This document shows positions 28,197 through 37,727 of a DNA stretch of 64,000 nucleotides, one piece after another; within the stretch, counting starts at the first letter, position 1; each line of letters opens with the position of its first letter. Made by a program: the position numbers and the translations under genes. The notes under the pieces were generated by a model. The model was not told where the DNA came from. It saw nothing but the letters and a program-made list of their open reading frames with translations, and did not search any database. This stretch comes from an uncultured virus (IMG/VR IMGVR_UViG_2740892240_000002) (lineage: Duplodnaviria > Heunggongvirae > Uroviricota > Caudoviricetes): the IMG/VR virus record IMGVR_UViG_2740892240_000002, positions 1 through 64,000 of that record; one strand, 5' to 3'.

Positions 28197-28333
28197 TTTA
28201 TTTAAATCTATTAATTTATAAGTTTTACTTGTAGTTATCTTTATCTACGTATATAATTAAATTGGAATTTTTTATTGGGTCCTTCTGGACTCTTTTTTTA
28301 TTTTCATTAAATTAATGTTTTGAAATACTCTGT

Positions 28334-28456
28334 TTAACAATGTTGCTTGTCCTCTTTTTGCTTATTATAAGCTTTTAATTCATCAAATTTATTATCTAGT
28401 TCTTGTCCTAAATAACTATATTTTTTCATAAAACTTTGAAGTATTTTTATACTCAT
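28334..28456 (-). CDS. 40-aa early phage protein
   Basis: AAGGAGTG RBS; MSIKILQSFMKK... Confidence 0.55.
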   Translation of the reverse strand: MSIKILQSFMKKYSYLGQELDNKFDELKAYNKQKEDKQHC

Positions 28457-28495
28457 TTAACTCACTCCTTGTACAAATTTTCATTGCCAAAGAGC

Positions 28496-28747
28496 CTAAG
28501 CTCCTTGTTTATCGTTATATTCTTTAATCGCTATTTCTTTAGCTTCTTCATAACTCAAACCAGTTTCTTCTAATTCCTTTGTTCTTATCCATATTGGGTA
28601 AGCTATACTCAATGCTTCATCCCCATATTTTTCTCTTTGTCTATCAAGTATCCATTTAGCTTTTCTTCTTTCTATTTCCTCAATCCAATATGGATCTTCT
28701 GGGTAAACTACCTCAACTTTTATTTCTCTGCTTTTTCTTGGTGCCAT
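28496..28747 (-). CDS. Hypothetical early phage protein
   Basis: ORF with GGGGTG RBS. Confidence 0.65.
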   Translation of the reverse strand: MAPRKSREIKVEVVYPEDPYWIEEIERRKAKWILDRQREKYGDEALSIAYPIWIRTKELEETGLSYEEAKEIAIKEYNDKQGA

Positions 28748-28798
28748 TGCAACCACCCCCACTAAATTTTATGTTTATTGAAAATTGTCCTATGCAAT

Positions 28799-29344
28799 TT
28801 ATCTTGATTTACTAACTTCCAAATCTACTTTTACAGTAACTTTTGATTTTTCAAGTTCTTCTCTTTGTTCTGCTATTACAATTGTTTTGATATAATTTCT
28901 CAATCTTAAAACCTCTAACTCTTCTTCTTTTTGCTTTAAAAGGATCTCTTTGCTTTCTAGAGTTTTATTTAATATATTTACTGCTTTTTCTAAGATTACT
29001 TTTTCATCATCTTCGGTAGATATTGGGATATATCCACCAGTAAGTCGTATCTGTTTTAATATTTTCTTAATTTCCTTTTTTAACTTCCTAGCGATAGGTT
29101 TTCTACTTTGCATTAAAACTTCATAAAGTCCATCTTCTGTTAAAAACCACATTTCTCTCGCCTGACCTGATGCAAGGATTGTTTGCATCAGCTTTTCATC
29201 TTTATCTATACTCTTTAACATTTCAGATGCTCTACTATGTCCTATCCATTCAGCTACATCTTTTGCCAAAAATAATGGGTTTTCTAAACTTCCAAATGTA
29301 GTTACATGTTGTCCTAAGATTTCTCTTTTATCTAGTATCTTCAT
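28799..29344 (-). CDS. BRO-N antirepressor-like protein
   Basis: PLFLAKDVA and LTEDGLYEVLMQSRKP motifs. Confidence 0.9.
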   Translation of the reverse strand: MKILDKREILGQHVTTFGSLENPLFLAKDVAEWIGHSRASEMLKSIDKDEKLMQTILASGQAREMWFLTEDGLYEVLMQSRKPIARKLKKEIKKILKQIRLTGGYIPISTEDDEKVILEKAVNILNKTLESKEILLKQKEEELEVLRLRNYIKTIVIAEQREELEKSKVTVKVDLEVSKSR

Positions 29345-29359
29345 ATCAACACCCCTTTG

Positions 29360-29575
29360 TTAATTATGGTTTACAAAATTCTTAAAAAATATATCCTCTA
29401 TACTTTTATTTAGTTCATTAGCTATTCTATACGTAATTTCTGTAGATGGATTAGAATGTCCATTTTCTATTTTAGATAGATATGTTCTTGATATACCTAC
29501 TTTTTTGGCTAAATTTGCTTGAGATATTTTTAATTCTTTTCTAATATGAAATAAATTGTTTCTAATATTAATCAT
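29360..29575 (-). CDS. Cro-like XRE HTH regulator
   Basis: SQANLAKKVGISRTYLSKIENG; divergent from the repressor. Confidence 0.9.
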   Translation of the reverse strand: MINIRNNLFHIRKELKISQANLAKKVGISRTYLSKIENGHSNPSTEITYRIANELNKSIEDIFFKNFVNHN

Positions 29576-29590
29576 CCTCCTTATTCATAT

Positions 29591-29673
29591 TGTTAATCAT
29601 AGTTTACATTATCTTACTTCATCTGTCAACTATGTTTTACAACTTTATTTGTTTTTGTAAACTATTGTTAACA
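29591..29673. promoter_or_regulatory. Three 18-bp palindromic operators (TGT.AA...AT...TT.ACA type) in the immunity switch; a fourth copy at 29358-29375
   Basis: tgttaatcatagtttaca 29591, tgtcaactatgttttaca 29624, tgtaaactattgttaaca 29656, tgttaattatggtttaca 29358. Confidence 0.8.
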
Positions 29674-29719
29674 TTTTTTTGATATAATTTAACTAAATAC
29701 TTAATAAAGGAGTGATATA

Positions 29720-30379
29720 ATGCAAAGCTTAGGAGATATAATAAAAAAATATAGACTTGATAATGACTTATCTCTTAGAGAATTTTCTAAGAAGTGCGGA
29801 CTTAGTCATACTTATATAGATAAATTGGAAAAAGGTGTTGATCCTAGAAGTCAAAAGCCTGTAGAACCAACTTTAGATGCTTTAGAAAAAATTAGTTATG
29901 CTATAGAGTTGTCATTAGATGATCTTTTAACTATGCTAGGAAAGATTAATTCTAATGATACAGTTAATATAAATTTATCCAACCGTCTAAAATTATTAAG
30001 AAATGAGAAAAATGTTATGCAAAAAGATATTGCAAATTATCTTAATATAACTACAAGTGCATACGGATTTTATGAACAAGGTAAGAGAACACCTCCCCCA
30101 GAAATTTTGTCTGCTTTAGCAGAATACTTTGATGTTTCCGTTGACTACTTGATTGGTAGGGTGGATACAAAACAAATATGTAATAAAAAGCCAGTGAATA
30201 TAAATGAAAACGAAAAAGATGTGGAAGAATTATTAGAAGAAACTATGTCCCAAATTTTGGATCAAAAAGGTCTTATGCTTAACGGACAAATAGTTGATGA
30301 TAATGATCTTGTTCTTTTAAGAAATGCAATTAGAAATGGAATTGAATTAGCTAAAACTATGCAAAAGTCTAAGAAATAA
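29720..30379 (+). CDS. CI/ImmR-like repressor with two tandem XRE HTH domains
   Basis: SLREFSKKCGLSHTYI and MQKDIANYLNITTSAYGFYEQG. Confidence 0.88.
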   Translation: MQSLGDIIKKYRLDNDLSLREFSKKCGLSHTYIDKLEKGVDPRSQKPVEPTLDALEKISYAIELSLDDLLTMLGKINSNDTVNINLSNRLKLLRNEKNVMQKDIANYLNITTSAYGFYEQGKRTPPPEILSALAEYFDVSVDYLIGRVDTKQICNKKPVNINENEKDVEELLEETMSQILDQKGLMLNGQIVDDNDLVLLRNAIRNGIELAKTMQKSKK

Positions 30380-30382
30380 GGG

Positions 30383-30841
30383 GTGTTAAATTTGAGTAGT
30401 ATTAAAAATACAGTAAATAATTTAGTAACTAAGTTTAAAACAAGAAATCCATTTGAATTATGTGACTACTTAAACATCCCTATTCTTCATGAACCTTTAG
30501 GCAATATTAAAGGCTTCTTTCAAAATACACTTAATACGCCTATAATTCATTTAAATTCTAATTTAGATGAACATGAGATTAAGTGTGTTATTTCTCATGA
30601 GCTTGGTCATGCAATTTTACATAAAGATCTTAATGTTTGCTTTTTAAAGCACTACACATTTTCAGTTACAGATAGATATGAAAATGAGGCAAATAAATTC
30701 ACAGCGGAGTTATTGATAGATGATAATATGCTTATCGATATTATGGAGGTAAATAATATAATTACAATTGATGAATTAAGTAAATACTTTTGTGTTCCTA
30801 AGGAATTTATCATATATAAATTTAAAACATTTTCTATATAA
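30383..30841 (+). CDS. ImmA/IrrE-family metalloprotease anti-repressor
   Basis: HELGH plus ENEANKF motifs; follows the repressor. Confidence 0.92.
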   Translation: MLNLSSIKNTVNNLVTKFKTRNPFELCDYLNIPILHEPLGNIKGFFQNTLNTPIIHLNSNLDEHEIKCVISHELGHAILHKDLNVCFLKHYTFSVTDRYENEANKFTAELLIDDNMLIDIMEVNNIITIDELSKYFCVPKEFIIYKFKTFSI

Positions 30842-30888
30842 AATAAAGAAGTATTAATTTTTTTAATTAATACTTCTTTATTTTATAT
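30835..30888. terminator. Long perfect bidirectional terminator
   Basis: tatataaaataaagaagtattaatt / aattaatacttctttattttatata. Confidence 0.8.
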
Positions 30889-30910
30889 AGATATAGTTTA
30901 TATTGATAAC

Positions 30911-31963
30911 TTATCTAACATATCCTAAGTTAGTATTTGTCTCTCTAATTACATGTTCTAATTGTTGATTACTAATTTGTAAAAATCCTGGATATGCATC
31001 TCTATCTAATCCAATCTTATTTATTAAATCATGTCTAGTCATTCTTTTAGTTAGAGCTATATTATATGTCATTTTTATAGTAAAAAATTCATATCTACTA
31101 TCATATAAGTTTTTTAACTCTGAATCCGTAAATATACTATAATTTTTACAATATCTTTTATAATCTTCAAATGATGCAAAACTCCTGTTAGATCTCACCT
31201 CATCAACTACACAAACACTAGTAGCTACAGATCTATACTCTGCTTGACCTTCAATATCTGTAGATCTGTATATTAAAATATTATCTCCTTTCTTTAAACG
31301 ATTCACACCTTTCATTCTGCATATATATATTTTTTCAATACTATTAGTATGTGATACATCTTCTACTATATCAATTGATTCTGTATTTAATCTAGAATCT
31401 GGAAATAATCTAGTGTGATATTTAGGATATATAGATAATAAATAAGCATCTGAATTTTTATCTATAATAGGGTAATTTTTTCTACAATCACTATTTTTTT
31501 CGCTTAAGTCTTTTAATAAAACCAACTCACATCCATCACTAGTCTTCTTTTTACCATATTTCTTAAATCCATATTTCTCATAAAGTTTAATCAACCCTTC
31601 ATGTTTACTAAATACAGTTACATATATATTTTTTATGTTATTCTTAATAGCAAAGTCTAAAGCCTTCTTTATAAAACGCTCTCCTAGTCTAGTTCCATGA
31701 GCATCAATCTTCATGGTACCTATCTTTACTACTCTATCATAATTTATAATAGGTTCAACATCTGTTATAGGTTCTTCCTCTATTTTAAGATATAAAAAAC
31801 CTTCTATTTTTCCATTTATAGTCTGTATATATGCCTTTTCATTTTTTTCTGATTTTCCATTAAACCATCCTTCAAATTTTGTATAATCAGTTTTAAGAGA
31901 ATCGAAGAATGGGTCATTTAAGTTTATATCTTTAAAACTCTCATATAAAAATCTATATTTCAT
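30911..31963 (-). CDS. GNAT N-acetyltransferase fused to a C-terminal PUA/ASCH-like domain
   Basis: KIGTMKI..HGTRLGERF acetyl-CoA motif and LYEKYGF; C-terminal SIYPKY...LKKGDNILIYRS. Confidence 0.75.
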   Translation of the reverse strand: MKYRFLYESFKDINLNDPFFDSLKTDYTKFEGWFNGKSEKNEKAYIQTINGKIEGFLYLKIEEEPITDVEPIINYDRVVKIGTMKIDAHGTRLGERFIKKALDFAIKNNIKNIYVTVFSKHEGLIKLYEKYGFKKYGKKKTSDGCELVLLKDLSEKNSDCRKNYPIIDKNSDAYLLSIYPKYHTRLFPDSRLNTESIDIVEDVSHTNSIEKIYICRMKGVNRLKKGDNILIYRSTDIEGQAEYRSVATSVCVVDEVRSNRSFASFEDYKRYCKNYSIFTDSELKNLYDSRYEFFTIKMTYNIALTKRMTRHDLINKIGLDRDAYPGFLQISNQQLEHVIRETNTNLGYVR

Positions 31964-32486
31964 TTATTATCCCCTCTATTTCTGTATTTTTTTTATCTGA
32001 AGTAATATTTATAAATTTTATAGGAATCTTTAGTTCCATTGCCACTTTTTTAGCATACTCTGTTTCTTCTTTTTGAAAAGACTCTATAAGTTCAATATTA
32101 TATTCTATATCGTCTCTTTCCTTTAACCTATCAAAAATATTAGTTTCTTTATCAACAAGCACTATTATGTAATCTATTCCTATACCTTTATAGGTTTCTA
32201 TAGGTATCCTTGATATTTGCTCATTATTATTTAATAAACAAAAATGACCATCAAGCATATAAACTTTCTTTTCAATAAACGTTTTCTTTATAGATTCTAT
32301 AAGTAATTCTTGATTTGAACTTATATTAGTGGTCCACTTGTTCGTAAATATTTCACCTTTTAATTTAGATATCAGCTCACTAGATGAATAGAATGGAATA
32401 TTATTTTTTGAAGATATTTCTCTTGCAAATGTAGACTTGCCTACACCATGAATTCCACCTATAAAAATGATTTTTCTTTCTTCTAC
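31953..32486 (-). CDS. P-loop nucleoside-monophosphate (adenylate)-kinase-like protein, ~177 aa, lacking a canonical start codon (GTA after the RBS)
   Basis: The frame extends 76 codons upstream of the ORF-track start and contains IFIGGIHGVGKST and LDGHF; AAAGGGGG RBS and TTGAAT-18-TATAAT promoter (with extended TG) just upstream. Confidence 0.8.
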   Translation of the reverse strand, partial: VEERKIIFIGGIHGVGKSTFAREISSKNNIPFYSSSELISKLKGEIFTNKWTTNISSNQELLIESIKKTFIEKKVYMLDGHFCLLNNNEQISRIPIETYKGIGIDYIIVLVDKETNIFDRLKERDDIEYNIELIESFQKEETEYAKKVAMELKIPIKFINITSDKKNTEIEGIINEI

Positions 32487-32627
32487 AAATTTCGCCCCCT
32501 TTCTCGCATTAATTATAACATCGATAATATATTTTATTCAATATGTTATAATTTTTTATTATAAATTCTAAAAGTTGAGTTATAATATATATTTAACTTG
32601 TATTTAATTATATAGGAGGATTTTTTT

Positions 32628-32975
32628 ATGAAACATATTATGCATTTAAAAAATGATTATTTTAATTTGATAGATAAAAACCTTAAATCTATAGAGTTGA
32701 GAATTTATGATCAAAAAAGAAGATTAATATCCGTAGGAGATAATATAGAATTTGTAAACTCACTTGATGCAAAAACTTCTATATTAGTTGAAGTTACAAA
32801 TATAGAAATTTTTAGATCATTTAAAGATCTTATTGAACATACAGATAAAAAACTTCTCGGATGGGCCCATCTATCCGAAGATACTATATTGGATAAATTG
32901 AGAGAGATATATTCTATCGATGATGAAAATAAATTTGGAGTGGTTAAAATAACATTTAAAAAAATAGAAAGATAA
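32628..32975 (+). CDS. ASCH-domain protein
   Basis: HIMHL...KSIELR...ISVGDNIEF motif. Confidence 0.85.
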   Translation: MKHIMHLKNDYFNLIDKNLKSIELRIYDQKRRLISVGDNIEFVNSLDAKTSILVEVTNIEIFRSFKDLIEHTDKKLLGWAHLSEDTILDKLREIYSIDDENKFGVVKITFKKIER

Positions 32976-32988
32976 CTATAATATCTTT

Positions 32989-33399
32989 CTATTTTTTTAA
33001 ACCATTTATTTTATTTACTTTCTCAAAATCTCTTAGATAGCAAAACGATTGTGGAGCTTTAAAATTTTCAATAATAATACTAGGTTCAACTGGTTTATCA
33101 TAAACAATTAAATCTTTTATTTCTAAAGCATATGCCTTGTCATGATTAGAAAAATACTTGTTAAAATATTTTTGTGATATTCCCGATTCTCTATATGTTT
33201 TTTCCCAGACATTTTCTAAATCTCCATGCACAACATCTTTAACTTTAAACTCACCTATAAACATACCTACAGGTTTTGTTGCGTATATAATAACCGATTC
33301 AATATTTTGTTTAAATATTTTCTTTCTATACTCATATTTTTTTTCACCCGAAACAATTTTTTCAACAAACTCAGGTTTTATAGATAATATAGCTTTCAT
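32989..33399 (-). CDS. ASCH-domain protein (different subfamily)
   Basis: LSIKPEF...GEKKYEYRK...IYATKP...APQSFCY. Confidence 0.88.
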   Translation of the reverse strand: MKAILSIKPEFVEKIVSGEKKYEYRKKIFKQNIESVIIYATKPVGMFIGEFKVKDVVHGDLENVWEKTYRESGISQKYFNKYFSNHDKAYALEIKDLIVYDKPVEPSIIIENFKAPQSFCYLRDFEKVNKINGLKK

Positions 33400-33521
33400 T
33401 AATGCACCTCTATCACTGAATTTTAATTTATTTATCTTACTTAAATAGTATAGAACATATTTTCGGTTTTTTCAATATATGCTATATTTTAAATTAGAAG
33501 TTAATATATTTTTATTGAGAG

Positions 33522-35123
33522 GTGATAATATTGATTGCTGCAATATATTCAAGAAAATCAAAATTCACTGGAAAAGGTGAATCTATAGAAAACCAAATAC
33601 AACTTTGTATGGACTATGCTAAAAACCTAGGAATAAATGAATTTTTAGTATACGAAGATGAAGGTTTTTCTGGTAAATCTATGGATAGACCAAAGTTTAA
33701 AGAAATGCTTAAAGATGCTAAAGATAAAAAGTTTGATTATTTAATATGTTATAGATTAGATAGAATATCCCGTAATGTTTCTGACTTCTCTACTCTTATA
33801 GAAGATCTAAATAAGCTTAATATATCTTTCGTATCAATTAAAGAACAATTTGATACTAGTACTCCTATGGGACGTGCTATGATGTATATATCATCTGTAT
33901 TCGCTCAGTTAGAACGAGAAACTATAGCTGAACGTGTTAGAGATAATATGTATGAGTTAGCTAGAACTGGAAGATGGCTAGGAGGTATGCCTCCATATGG
34001 TTTTATTAGTACTCAAATTACCTACTATGATGAAAATATGAATCAAAGAAAAATGTATAAACTTAAAGTTGATGAAGATACAATAGAAATTGTTAAGTTG
34101 ATATTTGATAAGTATTTAGAGCTTAGATCACTTTCAAAACTATATAAATATATGTATGAGAATGGAATTAAAGGAACTCGTGGAGGTAACCTTGATCCTA
34201 GTGCCTTATCTTTAATTCTAAAAAATCCAGCATATGTTAAAGCTGATAAAAGTGTAGTTGATTATCTAAGAAAGTCTAATATAGATGTTATGGGAGATAC
34301 AGACAATATACATGGTATCCTAACTTATGCTAAAAATACAGATAGTCCTATAGCTGCTGTTGCTAAACATAAAGGTGTCATAGATTCGGATAAATGGATT
34401 GAAGCCCAAAGGTTACTTAATGCAAATAAAGCTAAAGCTCCTAGGGCTGGAACTGGAAGTAAAGCATTATTATCAGGTCTTTTAAAATGTTCTAAGTGTG
34501 GCTCTAATATGAGAATTACTTATAAAAACTCTAAAAGTGGCACTATCTATTATTACATATGTGGAACAAAGAAATCTTTAGGAGTATCAGCTTGTGATTG
34601 TAGAAATATCAGATCTGATAAGGCTGAATCTAAAGTTATAGATGAATTAAAAAATAAAAGTATTAAATCTATAATGTCAAGTTATAAAGATAGCAAGTTA
34701 GAAAATTCTAAGAATAGGAAAAATATAAAAACTGAGATAAACTCAATAAATAATCAGATTAAAGAAAAAGAAACATACATTGATAATTTAGTTATGCAAT
34801 TAGCCAAGGTTACCGAAAGCTCTGCATCTACTTTTATAATCAATAAATTAGAATCTTTAAATAATGACTTATCTAATTTAAAATCACAATTAGAATCTTT
34901 AAATACTATGTCTATGGAAAATAAGCAAGTTGATATTAATATAAATATGCTTATAGATAATTTAAATAAATTCAATAAAGAAATTGATACCTCTGATATC
35001 AATAAGAAGAGACTGTTACTATCTACGGTAGTAGATTACATGACATGGGACTCTGATACAGACACAATAAAGGTAAACCTAATAGGTATCAATCCAAGCA
35101 ATACTATAGCTTTAGATAAATAG
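33522..35123 (+). CDS. Large serine recombinase (integrase)
   Basis: YSRKS catalytic motif, DEGFSG, RLDRISR, recombinase domain, CSKC Zn ribbon and coiled coil; probable start TTG 33531. Confidence 0.96.
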   Translation: MIILIAAIYSRKSKFTGKGESIENQIQLCMDYAKNLGINEFLVYEDEGFSGKSMDRPKFKEMLKDAKDKKFDYLICYRLDRISRNVSDFSTLIEDLNKLNISFVSIKEQFDTSTPMGRAMMYISSVFAQLERETIAERVRDNMYELARTGRWLGGMPPYGFISTQITYYDENMNQRKMYKLKVDEDTIEIVKLIFDKYLELRSLSKLYKYMYENGIKGTRGGNLDPSALSLILKNPAYVKADKSVVDYLRKSNIDVMGDTDNIHGILTYAKNTDSPIAAVAKHKGVIDSDKWIEAQRLLNANKAKAPRAGTGSKALLSGLLKCSKCGSNMRITYKNSKSGTIYYYICGTKKSLGVSACDCRNIRSDKAESKVIDELKNKSIKSIMSSYKDSKLENSKNRKNIKTEINSINNQIKEKETYIDNLVMQLAKVTESSASTFIINKLESLNNDLSNLKSQLESLNTMSMENKQVDININMLIDNLNKFNKEIDTSDINKKRLLLSTVVDYMTWDSDTDTIKVNLIGINPSNTIALDK

Positions 35124-35160
35124 GAACTTTAATACATTTATCTGAAGCTATTTCTATGTC
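35115..35160. other. Right attachment junction of prophage 1 (crossover near AT 35136-35137)
   Basis: ATPase-like coding sequence begins abruptly at ...CAT|TTA TCT GAA GCT, where the host gene would read THD-LSEAI. Confidence 0.65.
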
Positions 35161-35329
35161 AGATAAGGTTGCAGTTTTATCCAAACGCCCTGCATCTATA
35201 AAAAATATCTATAACATAAATTTAAAAATATCAGAAACTAGAACTCCTATAATATCAAGAAGTGCTGAAAATTTTAAAGACTATTTTAATATCTTGTGGA
35301 AGGAGATTGATTCTAGTGAAACAAAATAA
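35138..35329 (+). pseudogene. 3' fragment of NitT/TauT-type (YtlC-like) ABC ATPase gene interrupted by prophage 1
   Basis: LSEAISMSDKVAVLSKRPASIK...NFKDYFNILWKEID; overlaps the permease start; no start codon or RBS of its own. Confidence 0.88.
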
Positions 35330-36119
35330 TGTATCACAAGGTCATAAACAATATTTAAAATCGCTAAAAAAAGAAAAGAATCTAATCTTTTTTTATCAAA
35401 TATTTATATTGGTTGGATTTATAGTTCTTTGGGAATTACTTGCTAGACTTAATATAATAGATGTATTTCTATTTAGCAAACCTAGTGATATTTACAATCT
35501 TTTTATAAAATATATTCAAAATGGAGAATTATTTAAGCATATATTAATATCTAGCTATGAGACAATAGTTGGATTAGCAGTTGGTACAATTCTTGGAATA
35601 TTAGTAGCTATAATGCTTTGGTGGTCAGAAAGATTGTCTAAAATACTTGATCCATTTTTGGTTGTACTAAATGCACTTCCTAAAACAGCATTAGCACCAA
35701 TTTTAATAGTTTGGGCTGGAGCTGGTGTAAATGGAATAATAGTTATAGCTATTACTATATCTGTTGTTGTTACTATATTATCCGCCTATAATTATTTTAT
35801 AAGTGTTGATGAGGAAAAAGTCAAAATGCTTAAAAGTTTTGGAGCATCAAAACTTCAAATTCTTACAAAATTAATATTTCCTTCTAACATAGGAAATTTA
35901 ATAAATTTAACTAAAATTAATATAGGTATGGCTTGGGTTGGCGTAATAGTAGGTGAATTCTTAGTATCTAGATATGGTCTTGGGTACTTAATAGTTTATG
36001 GTGGCCAAGTTTTCAAATTAGATTTAGTAATGATGGGAGTAATAGTGTTAGCCCTTTGTGCTTTAATTATGTATCAAGTTTTAAATATAGCAGAAAAAAT
36101 TTATAAAAGTAAAAGATAA
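35316..36119 (+). CDS. ABC transporter permease (NitT/TauT, YtlD-like)
   Basis: NALPKTALAP, EAA-like SFGASK and VIVGEF motifs; GTG start after AAGGAG. Confidence 0.92.
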   Translation: MKQNNVSQGHKQYLKSLKKEKNLIFFYQIFILVGFIVLWELLARLNIIDVFLFSKPSDIYNLFIKYIQNGELFKHILISSYETIVGLAVGTILGILVAIMLWWSERLSKILDPFLVVLNALPKTALAPILIVWAGAGVNGIIVIAITISVVVTILSAYNYFISVDEEKVKMLKSFGASKLQILTKLIFPSNIGNLINLTKINIGMAWVGVIVGEFLVSRYGLGYLIVYGGQVFKLDLVMMGVIVLALCALIMYQVLNIAEKIYKSKR

Positions 36120-36136
36120 AATTTAATATAAAAACA

Positions 36137-36187
36137 AAATAACTGAGTTCAAGTTTGTTATAAACAGGCTTGAGCTCAGTTATTTTT
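36137..36187. terminator. Bidirectional terminator
   Basis: aaaataactgagttcaagtttgtt / aacaggcttgagctcagttatttt. Confidence 0.8.
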
Positions 36188-36999
36188 TATATATTACAAT
36201 ATCCTATTATTTCATAATCTGTTGGTACGTCATAATTTCTATTGCCGTTTTCTAGAGTCCATTTTAAATCAAACATAGTTGTATCAATTATTAATGAAAA
36301 GTATAGCATAACTATCCCTACATCAACTTTACCTTCATACTCACTTGCAAATTCATCTTTTCTCACTGCAAGAATCACTTTGCCTCCATCAATTATAAAT
36401 CTCCAAGGTTGTCTATTTAATGTAGATGGTGCCATTCTAGCAAAACTAAATGCATCTAATAATCCTCTTTCTTCTAATAATTCTATGGTTGCATTTTCTC
36501 CCCATTTATCTATATAAACTATCTTTTCTACACCTAATCTAGATGAATCACCAGTAGCTGATTTAGTTTTTACAGTATCTCCATAACCTAGTGCAATAAT
36601 TGCTGTAACTTCCTTATCTGATAAAATTTCAAGCTTTTCTTTTATAAGCGAACTCTCTTTAAAGGTAACCCAACATGAGTCGATTCCTAAGTCCATGGCC
36701 TTTAGAGTTAAGTTTTCTCCTATATATCCTGAATTTTCTATGTATCCTTTATCTGTATCAGATAAAATGATTACATAGTTTGGTGCTTCTATCATATGTC
36801 CATTATATCCTGCTATTTTATCAAGTTTTGGATATAATTTATCTTTATTAAAAACTTTAACTTCAGTACTTATTTCTGGTACAAGTTTTTTAGACATATT
36901 TATATATTCTTCTATTATTCTGAAATCTGATTTTTTTATTTCTTGATTTTTAAATTTCCTTACTGACCTTTTATTGGATATAAGATATTTGTAATTCAT
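36187..36999 (-). CDS. Nitroreductase family protein
   Basis: KRSVRKF, GIDSCW and APSTLNRQPW motifs. Confidence 0.9.
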   Translation of the reverse strand: MNYKYLISNKRSVRKFKNQEIKKSDFRIIEEYINMSKKLVPEISTEVKVFNKDKLYPKLDKIAGYNGHMIEAPNYVIILSDTDKGYIENSGYIGENLTLKAMDLGIDSCWVTFKESSLIKEKLEILSDKEVTAIIALGYGDTVKTKSATGDSSRLGVEKIVYIDKWGENATIELLEERGLLDAFSFARMAPSTLNRQPWRFIIDGGKVILAVRKDEFASEYEGKVDVGIVMLYFSLIIDTTMFDLKWTLENGNRNYDVPTDYEIIGYCNI

Positions 37000-37178
37000 A
37001 ATTTCCCCTCCCTAAAGTTATATTAAATTTTATTTTATATTTTTTATACCCAAAACCAACACGAAGCAAACATTTTCCTGATAACTATAGTATTTTTACA
37101 AATATCTAAAATGGTTTTATCACCAATCAATTTATTTTTTAATAATATACATTATCTTTAATTTTAAGGGGTGATTTT

Positions 37179-37727
37179 TTGCTAAAAAAATTAATAATAT
37201 TAATAACTTTAATTACTAGCCTATCTTTGCTTCTCATTGGATGTACTCCTAAATCTCAAAGTATTAAATCTAAAAATTTAAATAAGCTAACTGTTGCAGA
37301 GGTAACCCATTCAGTATTTTATGCTCCACAATATGCAGCTATAACTCAAGGTTTTTTTGAGGAAGAGGGCATTGAGTTAGACCTTATAAATACTCAGGGA
37401 GCAGATAAAACAATGGCTGCACTTCTTTCTGGAGAAGCAGATATAGGACTTATGGGACCAGAAGCATCTATTTATGTATATAATAAAGGGAATTCAAATT
37501 ATGCAGTAAATTTTGCGCAATTAACTCAAAAAGATGGAAGCTTTTTAGTTGCTCGTGAAAATACTGATAGTTTTTCTTTTGAGGATTTAAAAGGTAAAGA
37601 GGTTTTAGGTGGTAGAAAAGGTGGGGTTCCTGAAATGACATTAGAGTATGTTATGAAAAAAAATGGTCTAACTATAGGAACTGATACTCAAAATGGTAAA
37701 GTAAATATCAGAACCGATATTCAATAA
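37179..37727 (+). pseudogene. 5' part of an NMT1/THI5-like (YtlA-like) ABC substrate-binding lipoprotein, truncated by prophage 2
   Basis: LIGC lipobox; EVTHSVFYAPQY, GADKTM and GGRKGGVPEM motifs; stops at NIRTDIQ*, about half the normal family length. Confidence 0.85.

Larger units (their letters stand above)
1..35137. mobile_element. Prophage 1: temperate siphovirus (HK97-type head, cos/HNH packaging, large serine integrase); left end lies outside the window
   Basis: Ordered modules integrase-immunity-replication-late regulator-packaging-head-tail-lysis. Right junction directly after the integrase, inside a host ABC ATPase gene whose 5' half is not in the window. Confidence 0.93.

Noticed and set aside
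35262..35315. ORF-track N-terminal extension of the permease
   Set aside because: It overlaps the ATPase remnant; the RBS supports GTG at 35316.
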